Of a DNA stretch of 64,000 nt, positions 10,287 through 18,707 are shown one piece after another. A model generated the notes under the pieces. That model was given only the letters and a program-made list of their open reading frames with translations. It was not told where the DNA came from and made no database searches. A program made the position numbers and the translations under genes. The DNA comes from Trueperaceae bacterium (GTDB taxonomy: Bacteria > Deinococcota > Deinococci > Deinococcales > Trueperaceae): contig JAXHNB010000005.1 in assembly GCA_034520945.1 (NCBI GenBank), positions 320,001 through 384,000 on the forward strand, in the 5' to 3' direction. Positions within the stretch are counted from its first letter, which is position 1; every line of letters starts with the position of its first letter.

Positions 10287-11144
10287 TCAGGCCTGCGTGG
10301 CGTACGGTCCTTCGGGGTCCTCCCCCAGGTGCATCACCCGCGTTTCGCGCATCAGCTTGACGAGGTGCGCCAGCACCGATGCCCGCAGCAGCGGCGTGCT
10401 GGACTTCGGCAGCCGCGGGTACACCACGTCGACCAGGTCGTTCAACATGCGGGGCCGGTCCAGGGCCTCCAGGACGTCCCGCTCCCGGGCGATCCGGTGC
10501 GCCCGCGCACGCTCGAGCGCCGCCTCGGGCGGGCCCGGGTCGGTGCCGTGCGCCGGCGCCAACCAGGCCGGCCGGAGGGCCCGCACGCGGTCCAGACTGC
10601 TCAGGTACGCCGCCACGTCGCCGTCCGGCAGCCCGACCCAGCTGGCGCCCTGCGCGGTGAGCAGGTCGCCGCACAGCACCCCGTTCACATCGTCCAGGTG
10701 GAACGCCAGGTGCCCAGGCGCGTGGCCGGGCGTGGGGACCGCGCGGACCACGCGGCCCCCGACCATCAGGCTGCGCTCGCCGGCCAGCGGAACGACGGTG
10801 TCGGCGTTCGGCACGTGCGCCGCTTCGGCCGCACCGACGTAGACCGGCCGCGGACCGATGCGCTCGAACAGCGCCGGCAGGCCCGCCACGTGGTCCTGGT
10901 GGGTGTGCGTCAACACCACGGCCTTGAGGTCGCGCACCCCGGCGCGCCCCATCAGCGTCTCGATCTGCGCGGCATCTTCGGGATCGCGGAAGCCCGGATC
11001 GACCAGCACCCCTTGGTCCGCGCCCACCACCAGGTAGAGATCCGTGGTCCGGTAGGGGGGAAGGGTGTCGCTCGGGAGCGACAGCCGCCACACGCCGTCG
11101 GCGAGTCGTTCCGGGTCGCCCGTCGCGGCCGCGCGCTGCGTCAC
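10287..11144 (-). CDS. MBL-fold metallo-hydrolase (LACTB2-like, C-terminal winged helix)
   Basis: THTHQDH, TPGHAPGH, GD and PAHG metal ligands; C-terminal AHLVKL. Confidence 0.85.
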   Translation of the reverse strand: MTQRAAATGDPERLADGVWRLSLPSDTLPPYRTTDLYLVVGADQGVLVDPGFRDPEDAAQIETLMGRAGVRDLKAVVLTHTHQDHVAGLPALFERIGPRPVYVGAAEAAHVPNADTVVPLAGERSLMVGGRVVRAVPTPGHAPGHLAFHLDDVNGVLCGDLLTAQGASWVGLPDGDVAAYLSSLDRVRALRPAWLAPAHGTDPGPPEAALERARAHRIARERDVLEALDRPRMLNDLVDVVYPRLPKSSTPLLRASVLAHLVKLMRETRVMHLGEDPEGPYATQA

Positions 11145-12163
11145 GGCCCCTCGACGAGAAGCGAACGGGCGGCCTTCATGGCGGCCTCCGCGTCGACCTC
11201 GACGTCGGGCACGACCCCTTCGCCTTCCCAGGTCGGCCCGCCGAGGGGAGCCAGCACGCCGGTGGCCAACCACACCTGCGAGCCGTCCCGCAGGCAGAAC
11301 GGGAGGACCGCCTCGACGTTGCCGGCGGTGCGCTCGCCGACGATCCGGGCACGGCCCGAGGCCTGCAGCGCCCCGGCCAGCCCCTCCGCGGCGCTGTGCA
11401 CGTCTTCGTCGACCAGCACCACCAAGGGAAGGTCGGTCGCGGTCGCGCCGAGGGCCGGGTACGGCATCGGCAGCGTCCACCGCGTCACCACGCGCCACAA
11501 CAACCCGTCCGTGAACACGCCGGCGGTACGCATCATCTCGACCAGGCGACCGCCCGGGTTGCCGCGCAGGTCCAACGCCAACCCTTCGGCCCCCTGCCGG
11601 GTCAGCGTGATGGCGGCCTCGCGCACGTCGGCGGCGGCGCCGGTTCGGGCCAGGTCGACCACGCGAATCACGCCCAGCGTTCCGTCCAGACGCCAACTGA
11701 CGGGGCCGTCACCCGTGTCGGGCGGAGACGGGTCGGGCGCCTGGACGTGCGAGAACACGCCGATGCACGGCAAATCGCCGTACGCCTCGCGGGTCCGTTC
11801 CACCTCGCGGGGCGACACGTACCGCGAGTGGTCGTCGTCGAGGCGGCCGACCATTTCCCTCAACACCTCGTGGAACGCTGCCTCGTCCTCGGCGGCCAGG
11901 GCGCGCCGGCGAAACGGCGCCTGCAAGGCCGCCCAGTCCACGTCGGCGCGCGTGAGGTCCCAGTAGCGCGTCCGGATCAGGTCGTACACGGTGTCGAAGC
12001 GCTGGGCGGCGTCCGCCACGGGCGCGGCGCCTCCGGCCGCCCGGGCCTGCATCGCTGCCGCCCCGACCGCCACGCCGATCACGAGAGCCAGCACCCGAGC
12101 GGTCCGGTGCCAGGCGGCCGGCCGGCGCGGGATCGTCGCGGCTCCCAGACCCGCCGTCCTCAT
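11141..12163 (-). CDS. S41 family peptidase (no PDZ domain)
   Basis: Signal peptide; LDDDHS, LDLRGNPGG, SAAE, GERTAG and EGEGVVPD motifs. Confidence 0.85.
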   Translation of the reverse strand: MRTAGLGAATIPRRPAAWHRTARVLALVIGVAVGAAAMQARAAGGAAPVADAAQRFDTVYDLIRTRYWDLTRADVDWAALQAPFRRRALAAEDEAAFHEVLREMVGRLDDDHSRYVSPREVERTREAYGDLPCIGVFSHVQAPDPSPPDTGDGPVSWRLDGTLGVIRVVDLARTGAAADVREAAITLTRQGAEGLALDLRGNPGGRLVEMMRTAGVFTDGLLWRVVTRWTLPMPYPALGATATDLPLVVLVDEDVHSAAEGLAGALQASGRARIVGERTAGNVEAVLPFCLRDGSQVWLATGVLAPLGGPTWEGEGVVPDVEVDAEAAMKAARSLLVEGP

Positions 12164-13104
12164 GAGCGCACGCGCGACAGGGCGCGGGTCTCCCGCGTCA
12201 GCGTCTCGGCGTCCACCACCCGGTGCTGCGCCCCGATCTCCGTGGTGTTCAGCGCCCCCGCGACGTTGCCGGTGCGGGCCGCCTCGATCAGGTCGGCGCC
12301 GCCCATGATGGCGTGCGCGAACGCCGCGGTGTAGTAATCGCCCGCGCCGGTGGTGTCCACCACCCCGTCGATGTCGTACGGATCGACCAGTTCGGATCGT
12401 TCCGGCGTGATCACGATCGAGCCCATCTCGCCGACCTTGACCACCAGCCGGTCGATCCCGTGCGTAGCCAGCCCGCCGACGGCGTCGGAGATGGTCTCCT
12501 GCCCCGTGAGGGCGAACAACTCCTTCTCGTTCATCAGCAGGTAGTCCACCTTGCGGACCAGACCGATCAGGCGGCCCCGCAACGCGTTCACGGCGCCCGT
12601 GCCCATGTCCACGAAGGTGGTCGCGCCCCGCCCCCGCGCCAACTCCAGCGCCTTGACGGCGTAGTCGCGTTGGGGGCCGTCGACCAGGCTGTACGCGCTC
12701 ATCACCAGGGCGTCCACCCCCTCGAACGCCTTCGCCGTGAGGGCGCTGGCGTCCAGGTGCCGACTGGCGCCCAGGGCGCTGATCATGGTGCGTTGGGTGT
12801 CGGGCGTGACGAGGATGGTGACGCTGGACGTCTGGCGCGCCTCGTCGATCTGCATCAGGTCCTGCGACACGCCCGCCGCGAGTACGTGGCGGAGGGCCAA
12901 CTCGGAGAACGGGCCGGTGCCGACCCGCGTCGCGATGCGGGTGCGGTGCCCCAGCCGGGCCAGCGCCGTCGCCATGGTCCCGCCTGCGCCGCCCGGCTCC
13001 ATCACGGCGCGCGTCGCGGTCACCTCGCCGCCCGGCTCCGGTACCGTCTCCACGAAATACATCTGGTCGACGGTCGCGTCGCCGACGATGACGAATTCAG
13101 CCAT
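12160..13104 (-). CDS. PfkB family carbohydrate/nucleoside kinase
   Basis: PGGAG N-terminal signature, N..E, and C-terminal VDTTGAGD signature. Confidence 0.88.
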   Translation of the reverse strand: MAEFVIVGDATVDQMYFVETVPEPGGEVTATRAVMEPGGAGGTMATALARLGHRTRIATRVGTGPFSELALRHVLAAGVSQDLMQIDEARQTSSVTILVTPDTQRTMISALGASRHLDASALTAKAFEGVDALVMSAYSLVDGPQRDYAVKALELARGRGATTFVDMGTGAVNALRGRLIGLVRKVDYLLMNEKELFALTGQETISDAVGGLATHGIDRLVVKVGEMGSIVITPERSELVDPYDIDGVVDTTGAGDYYTAAFAHAIMGGADLIEAARTGNVAGALNTTEIGAQHRVVDAETLTRETRALSRVRS

Positions 13105-13183
13105 CCAACCCTCGTCCGGACGTCGGGGTCCGGTCCCCACGTTTGCGTCGCCCCGGAGTATACCGGACCGCCCCCACGCGTGG

Positions 13184-14065
13184 CTACGCTTCCGCGTCGT
13201 CCCCTTGGAACGCCCGCAGCAGGCGCCGCCAGGTGGCGAGCTCCAGTGCCTCCGCCCGCACCGCGGCGGGCAGGCCCACGCGCTCCAGCGTCTCGGCGAC
13301 GGCGGACCACCCCGCGGCCCGAAGGTTGTTGCGCAACGTCTTGCGGCGGTGGCGAAACCCGTCGCGAATCAACGCGAACGTCTCCGGGTCGGGCGCGACG
13401 TCCGGACGCACGTCCAGGCGGACGACGGCGCTGGTGACGTTCGGTGGCGGCAAGAAACACCCGGGAGACACGGTCCGGACGATGCGGGCGTCGGCGTAGT
13501 GTCGGCAGATCAAGCTGAACGCCCCGAAGCCCGGTTCGCCCGGTGCTGCCGTGATCCGCTCGGCGACCTCCCGCTGGACGAGCACCGCCATGCGCCGGTA
13601 GCGCCCCGACGCCAGCGCCTCCTGCAGCAGCGCCGTGGCCACGCCGTAGGGAAGGTTCGACACCAACAGGCTGCCTTCCGGCATCGTGGCATGGTCGAAG
13701 CGCATCGCGTCCCCCTGCACCACCTCGACGTTGGCGTGGGCGTCGGTCGTCTCGCGAAGGGCAGGCAGCAGCCTGCCGTCCAGCTCGACGGCCAGCACCC
13801 GCGCCACCCGCACGGCCAACGCGCCCGTCAGCGTGCCCAGCCCCGGCCCCACTTCGAGCACCGTGGCCTCGCGGGGCGGGTCGGCCGCCTCCACCACCGC
13901 GGCCAGCGCCCGGCGGTCGATCAGGAAGTTCTGCCCCAGCGCGCGGTCCGGCGTGAGTCCATGACGCGCCAGCAGGGAACGCACCTCGCGGCCCGACCCC
14001 AGATCCGGCGTCGCCCCTCGGGGGCCATGCCCCGAGGGGCCGGCCGCTTCGGCGGCGCGGTTCAC
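13184..14065 (-). CDS. rsmA: 16S rRNA m6,2A1518/1519 dimethyltransferase RsmA/KsgA
   Basis: LGQNFL, VLEVGPGLG.LT, SNLPY, QREVAERI, F.PPPNV.S, RRKTLRN, RAE.L. Confidence 0.94.
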   Translation of the reverse strand: MNRAAEAAGPSGHGPRGATPDLGSGREVRSLLARHGLTPDRALGQNFLIDRRALAAVVEAADPPREATVLEVGPGLGTLTGALAVRVARVLAVELDGRLLPALRETTDAHANVEVVQGDAMRFDHATMPEGSLLVSNLPYGVATALLQEALASGRYRRMAVLVQREVAERITAAPGEPGFGAFSLICRHYADARIVRTVSPGCFLPPPNVTSAVVRLDVRPDVAPDPETFALIRDGFRHRRKTLRNNLRAAGWSAVAETLERVGLPAAVRAEALELATWRRLLRAFQGDDAEA

Positions 14066-14553
14066 GACGAGGGGTCCCGCAAGGACGCGGCGATACGCGC
14101 TTCGGCCGTTCGTAGGTCGGTGCCCGCGACCACGGCGAACTCGCTGGCGAGCATCGCCTTGGCGCTCTCCATCACTTCGCGTTCGGTGGCGGCCAAACCC
14201 TTCTCCAGGTCACGCTTGGCCAGCACGCCGATCAGCTTGGCCAACGCGTACGCGCTCCCTACCGACAGGATCTCCTGCTCGGCCCGGTAGCGCGGCGGCC
14301 ACTGCTGCGGCAGGTGAAGGTCGCCTGCGACCATGGCGGCCTCCAACTGTTCCAGCTCCTCGGGATCGACGGTGTGGCGGAGCCCCACCTCGCGCCCCTT
14401 CTGCAGCGGGACCAGCACCTCCATGTTTCCGCGGACGAACACGATCTTGAGGTACTCGTGGGTCTCGCCCAAGATCTCACGGGTGGCGATCTCCTCGACC
14501 ACGCCCGCGCCCTGCGAGGGGTACACGACCTGGTCCCCGACCTGGAATCTCAT
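14062..14553 (-). CDS. carD: CarD family RNA polymerase-binding transcription factor
   Basis: FQVGDQVVYPSQGAG, VGLR and conserved Trp (QQWPPRYR); AGGAGG upstream. Confidence 0.9.
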   Translation of the reverse strand: MRFQVGDQVVYPSQGAGVVEEIATREILGETHEYLKIVFVRGNMEVLVPLQKGREVGLRHTVDPEELEQLEAAMVAGDLHLPQQWPPRYRAEQEILSVGSAYALAKLIGVLAKRDLEKGLAATEREVMESAKAMLASEFAVVAGTDLRTAEARIAASLRDPSS

Positions 14554-14624
14554 TCGGCCTCCTGCGGGACTGTACCACGCGCCGTTTCTGGTCCTTTGGC
14601 GCGTCTGAGACGACACGACTCGGG

Positions 14625-16202
14625 TCAGGCGCCGAAGGTGTGAAGCCACGCCTGCAGCGTCATGAACGCCACCACGAACAGCATCACGCCCCCCGACAGG
14701 CACGCCGTCAGCAGTCGCCCGAACATGGCGTCGTGATCGCCGCGACGCCCCCACGCCCAAGCAACCAGGACGGCGGCGGCCGCGGCGGGCGCGACGACCG
14801 CCCACCCGCCCGTCAGGGCGCGCATCGTGACGGGGTCCACCTCCGCCCGCCAGGCCGCCAACGCCCCCAGCGCCCCTACCGTCGCCACCCCCACCAGCGC
14901 CCCCTCCAAGGCGGTACGCCCGGGCGACGTGGGGGGACCGCGGGCGGCCAAGGCCGCGCCGACCCACCACAGGGGCAGCAGGGCCATGCCGATCACCACG
15001 GCCGCCAGCAGGCTGATGAGCACGTGCCCACCCGCGTCGCTCCAGGGCCGCCACGGATCCCATCCCATGCGGGTGGCCACGCGTTCCACCATGCTGGGCC
15101 GGAAGCTGCCGCCGTCGCGGACCGCCCACACCTCGACGCCCCCCAGGTAGCTGCCCGCCGACCACGCTACGGTCGCCACGTGGCCGCCCCGCCCAGCTTC
15201 GATTCGTTCCGGCGCGGCGGGCAGGCGCACCACGGTGCGCGCCGCGTGCCCGTCGTGGCGTCGAATGCGTCCTTCGCGCAACCACAGCCAGCCGTCCCGA
15301 GACCGCAGCAACGGGATGCCGCGGCCCAGGGTCTCGGCGGGGCGGCCTGGGCCTGCACGGCGCACCGAGCCGTCCGGCGCCGTCCAAGCCGCCTCGACGC
15401 CCTCCCCGCCCGAGCGGGCCGGCGCCAGCACCACGCGGTCGCGGTCCCCCGCGCGGCGCGCGGGGCCGAGCTCGGTGGGGGACGCCGGCCGGGCCTCGCC
15501 GTCGTCCCAGCGGGCGTGGAGCGCCGTCCACCGACGCTCCACGCGGCCGAGCGCCACCTCCTCGCGTCCCTCCAGCCAGGCGACCCACACCGTTCCGCCG
15601 CGCGCGAGCGCATCGACGCGGCCGACCCGAAGCGGGCGCGGCGGGCTGCGCCGGACGTCGCCCGCCCAGTCGATCAGGGCCAAGCGGTGCGTACCGTCTT
15701 CGACGTGGGCGTGAATCAACCGGGGCGTCCGCGCCCCCCGGACCAGCCGTACGCGCGGGACCTGCCCGGTTCGAAGCGCGGTGCGGGTTTCGCCGCGCCA
15801 CGACCAGCGCACCTCCGTGCGTCCGGTCGTCAGGTCGCGCTGCGCCCAGGCCACCACGGGGTCCCCGCCGGCGGAGGCGGCCCATACGGCGCGCACGCCC
15901 CGTGCCCGCACCAACGGCTCCGCCGGCGCGTCGGCGGCGACGCGCCGCAGGGAAAGGCCGTCGGCGTGCTGCCAGACCGCCAGCGGCCCCTCTTGCGACG
16001 GCGCGACGGCGACCTGCACGTCGCGTTCCAGCTCTACGTCGGCCAGTTTGCGGGGTCGTTCGAACCCGCCGGCGGCGATGGGGTCGTGGCGCGTGTCCTG
16101 GGCGGCCGCCGACGCGGCCCAGGCGAGCAGGCAGGCGACGGCCAGGACGCGTCGCGATGGAAGGCGGCCGGCCAGCCAAAACGGGCGCAGGGGGCGGTGC
16201 AT
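14625..16202 (-). CDS. Hypothetical exported/membrane protein with C-terminal transmembrane helices
   Basis: 525-aa ORF with signal-peptide-like N-terminus and about 4 hydrophobic C-terminal segments; fills the gap between carD and osmC. Confidence 0.7.
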   Translation of the reverse strand: MHRPLRPFWLAGRLPSRRVLAVACLLAWAASAAAQDTRHDPIAAGGFERPRKLADVELERDVQVAVAPSQEGPLAVWQHADGLSLRRVAADAPAEPLVRARGVRAVWAASAGGDPVVAWAQRDLTTGRTEVRWSWRGETRTALRTGQVPRVRLVRGARTPRLIHAHVEDGTHRLALIDWAGDVRRSPPRPLRVGRVDALARGGTVWVAWLEGREEVALGRVERRWTALHARWDDGEARPASPTELGPARRAGDRDRVVLAPARSGGEGVEAAWTAPDGSVRRAGPGRPAETLGRGIPLLRSRDGWLWLREGRIRRHDGHAARTVVRLPAAPERIEAGRGGHVATVAWSAGSYLGGVEVWAVRDGGSFRPSMVERVATRMGWDPWRPWSDAGGHVLISLLAAVVIGMALLPLWWVGAALAARGPPTSPGRTALEGALVGVATVGALGALAAWRAEVDPVTMRALTGGWAVVAPAAAAAVLVAWAWGRRGDHDAMFGRLLTACLSGGVMLFVVAFMTLQAWLHTFGA

Positions 16203-16343
16203 CGCGGCGCAGAGACTACCCCGGTGCGCGCGGGCGCACCGTGCGCCGGGCGGCGGGTCGATCGCGGGCAGGCCGGTATCGTGGGTTCATGCCCGCGGGC
16301 GCGCCGCGGTGGCCGATTCATAGCGTAGAGAAAGGAGATCCGT

Positions 16344-16766
16344 ATGCCCGTACGTAGTGCACGTGCCGTTTGGAAGGGCGACCTGAAGGGCGGCCGAGGG
16401 ACGGTTGGGCTCGGCAGCGGCATGTTCGAGGGGGCCTACTCCTTCCCGTCCCGTTTCGAGGAGGGCGACGGCACCAATCCCGAGGAGTTGATCGGGGCGG
16501 CGCATGCCGGGTGCTTCTCGATGCAGTTCGCGAACCTGTTGGCGCAGGCGGGCTTCGAGCCGGCCTCGGTCGAGACCGACGCCGAGGTGCACCTTTCGAT
16601 GGAGGGCGGTCCGCACGTCGCCAAGATCGTTTTGAACTGCCGGGCGGAGGTGCCTGGCATCGGTGATGGGCGCTTCCAGGAGATCGCCCAGGAAGCCAAG
16701 ACCGGCTGCCCGATCAGCAAGGCGCTTGCCTCCGTCCCGCTCGAACTCGACGCTCGCTTGGCCTAG
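16344..16766 (+). CDS. osmC: OsmC family peroxiredoxin
   Basis: YSFPSRFE, TNPEELIGAAHAGCFSM, CPISKAL; AAGGAG upstream. Confidence 0.93.
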   Translation: MPVRSARAVWKGDLKGGRGTVGLGSGMFEGAYSFPSRFEEGDGTNPEELIGAAHAGCFSMQFANLLAQAGFEPASVETDAEVHLSMEGGPHVAKIVLNCRAEVPGIGDGRFQEIAQEAKTGCPISKALASVPLELDARLA

Positions 16767-18625
16767 CGTTCGGCGGCGCCCCCCACCGGCCGCTCCCCCC
16801 GGCCGAACTGCGTTTCGAACAACTGCCGGTACGGCCCGTCCGTCGTCACGAGCGCGTCGTGCCGGCCGACCTGGACGATGGTTCCGCCCACCAGCACCAC
16901 GATCCGGTCGGCCCCGACCACGGTGGACAGGCGGTGCGCGATCACCAGGCTGGTCCGTCCGCGCATCAATCGCTCCAGCGCGGCCTGCACCAACGCCTCC
17001 GATTCGCTGTCGAGGTTGCTGGTGGCCTCGTCGAGCACCAGCACGTCCGGGTCCTTGAGCAGGGCGCGCGCGATGGCGATCCGCTGGCGCTGCCCCCCCG
17101 AGAGGCGCAAGCCCCGCTCGCCGACCTTGGTGTCGTAGCCGTGGGGGAGGGCCCGCACGAAGGCGTCGGCATGGGCGGCGCGGGCCGCCTGGACGATCTC
17201 GTCCATGTCGGCGTCGGGACGGCCGTACCGGACGTTCTCGGCGACCGATCCGGAGAACAGCTGCGTTTCTTGGGGCACCAGGCCGACGGCGCGCCGCACC
17301 GCCATCGGGTCGGCGTGCCGCAGGTCCACGCCGCCCAGCTGGATCGCGCCGCGCTGCGGATCGAAGAAGCGGGGCAAGAGGCTGGCCAGCGTGCTCTTGC
17401 CCGCCCCGGAGGGGCCGACCAGGGCGACGAGTTCGCCCTCTTGCACGGTCAGGTCCACGTCCTGCAGCACCCAGTCGTCGTCTCGCTCGGCCGTGCCGGC
17501 CGGTTCGGCCGGGGGATAGCGGAACCAGACGTGCCGGGCGCGTACCTCGCCCCGCGCGCTAGGCAGGGGCGTGGGCGGATCACGCACCGGCAGGTCGGGG
17601 CGCTCGTCCAGCAGGTCGAACACCCGCCTGGACGCGCCGAGCCCCTGCTGAAGCTGGGCGTACAGGCCCGTGAACGTGGCGACGGAGCCGGCGATGAACA
17701 GGGTCAACAGCAGGAACGCGATCAGGTCGCCGGGGGCGAGGGCGCCGGCCAGCACCTGCCGCCCGCCGACCCAGAGCACCAGGGTGATGCCGGCGAACAT
17801 CGACAGAATGACGGCCGGCACGAACACGGCCCGCAGGCGCACGCGTCGGAGCGCCAGCACGAACGAGGCGTCGATGCCGGCATGGTAGCGGCGCCGCTCC
17901 TGCGCTTCCCCCGTGAACGACTTCACCACCCGGATGTTGGCGATCGCCTCTTCCGCGTCGGCGTTCGCGTCGGCGACGCGATCCTGAAACGCCGACGATA
18001 GGGCGCGCACCCGGCGCCCGAACGCCGCGCCCCCGATGATCACGGCCGGCACGACCGCCAGCATCACCAGCGTCAGGCGGGCGTCGATGACGAGAAGCGC
18101 CGCCACCCCCCCGAGCAGCGTCACCGCCTGGTTCACGAACTGCGCCAAGGCGGTGGAGACGACCTGCTGCACGGTGGCGACGTCGCTGGTGAGGCGCGAG
18201 GTGATCTCGCCGGTCTTGCGACGCTGGAAGAAGGCGGGGGAGAGCTCCAGCAGGTGCGAGAACAGGCGCTTGCGCAGGTCGGCGACGATCCCCTCGCCGA
18301 CCCGCCCCAGCGTCCACACGCGAAGGTAGTTGAACCCCGCCTGGACCACGAAGATGGCGAGAAGCGTCAGCGTGAGGCGATTCAGGCCGGCAAGCGCCCC
18401 CGGGTCGCCTTCTGCCCCAGGCGGCGCGGCGAAGGCCTCGTTGAACAGCTCGCGAGCCAGCAGCGGCAGCGCCAACTGCAGCAGGCCGGACACCGTGGTC
18501 GCGAGAAGCGCGAGCACGATCGCCGCGCGATACCCCCGCGTCAGCCCCCACACCCGCCGAAGCTGCGCGAACGTGGCGCGCGCGTCGCCACGCCCGCTGG
18601 ACCTGTCTACGCGGGGCCGGAACAC
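16763..18625 (-). CDS. ABC exporter, fused permease/ATPase (MsbA/MdlB-like)
   Basis: Six-TM N-terminal half, GPSGAGKS, LSGGQRQR, VLDEATS and H-loop IAHRLST. Confidence 0.92.
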   Translation of the reverse strand: MFRPRVDRSSGRGDARATFAQLRRVWGLTRGYRAAIVLALLATTVSGLLQLALPLLARELFNEAFAAPPGAEGDPGALAGLNRLTLTLLAIFVVQAGFNYLRVWTLGRVGEGIVADLRKRLFSHLLELSPAFFQRRKTGEITSRLTSDVATVQQVVSTALAQFVNQAVTLLGGVAALLVIDARLTLVMLAVVPAVIIGGAAFGRRVRALSSAFQDRVADANADAEEAIANIRVVKSFTGEAQERRRYHAGIDASFVLALRRVRLRAVFVPAVILSMFAGITLVLWVGGRQVLAGALAPGDLIAFLLLTLFIAGSVATFTGLYAQLQQGLGASRRVFDLLDERPDLPVRDPPTPLPSARGEVRARHVWFRYPPAEPAGTAERDDDWVLQDVDLTVQEGELVALVGPSGAGKSTLASLLPRFFDPQRGAIQLGGVDLRHADPMAVRRAVGLVPQETQLFSGSVAENVRYGRPDADMDEIVQAARAAHADAFVRALPHGYDTKVGERGLRLSGGQRQRIAIARALLKDPDVLVLDEATSNLDSESEALVQAALERLMRGRTSLVIAHRLSTVVGADRIVVLVGGTIVQVGRHDALVTTDGPYRQLFETQFGRGERPVGGAAER

Positions 18626-18707
18626 CCGCGAAGGGTACCAGGGCGCACGGTATCCTCGCGTGCGCAGCTGCGGTCCGTGGCGGGCCGCACCGGAACGGGG
18701 GTGGAAG

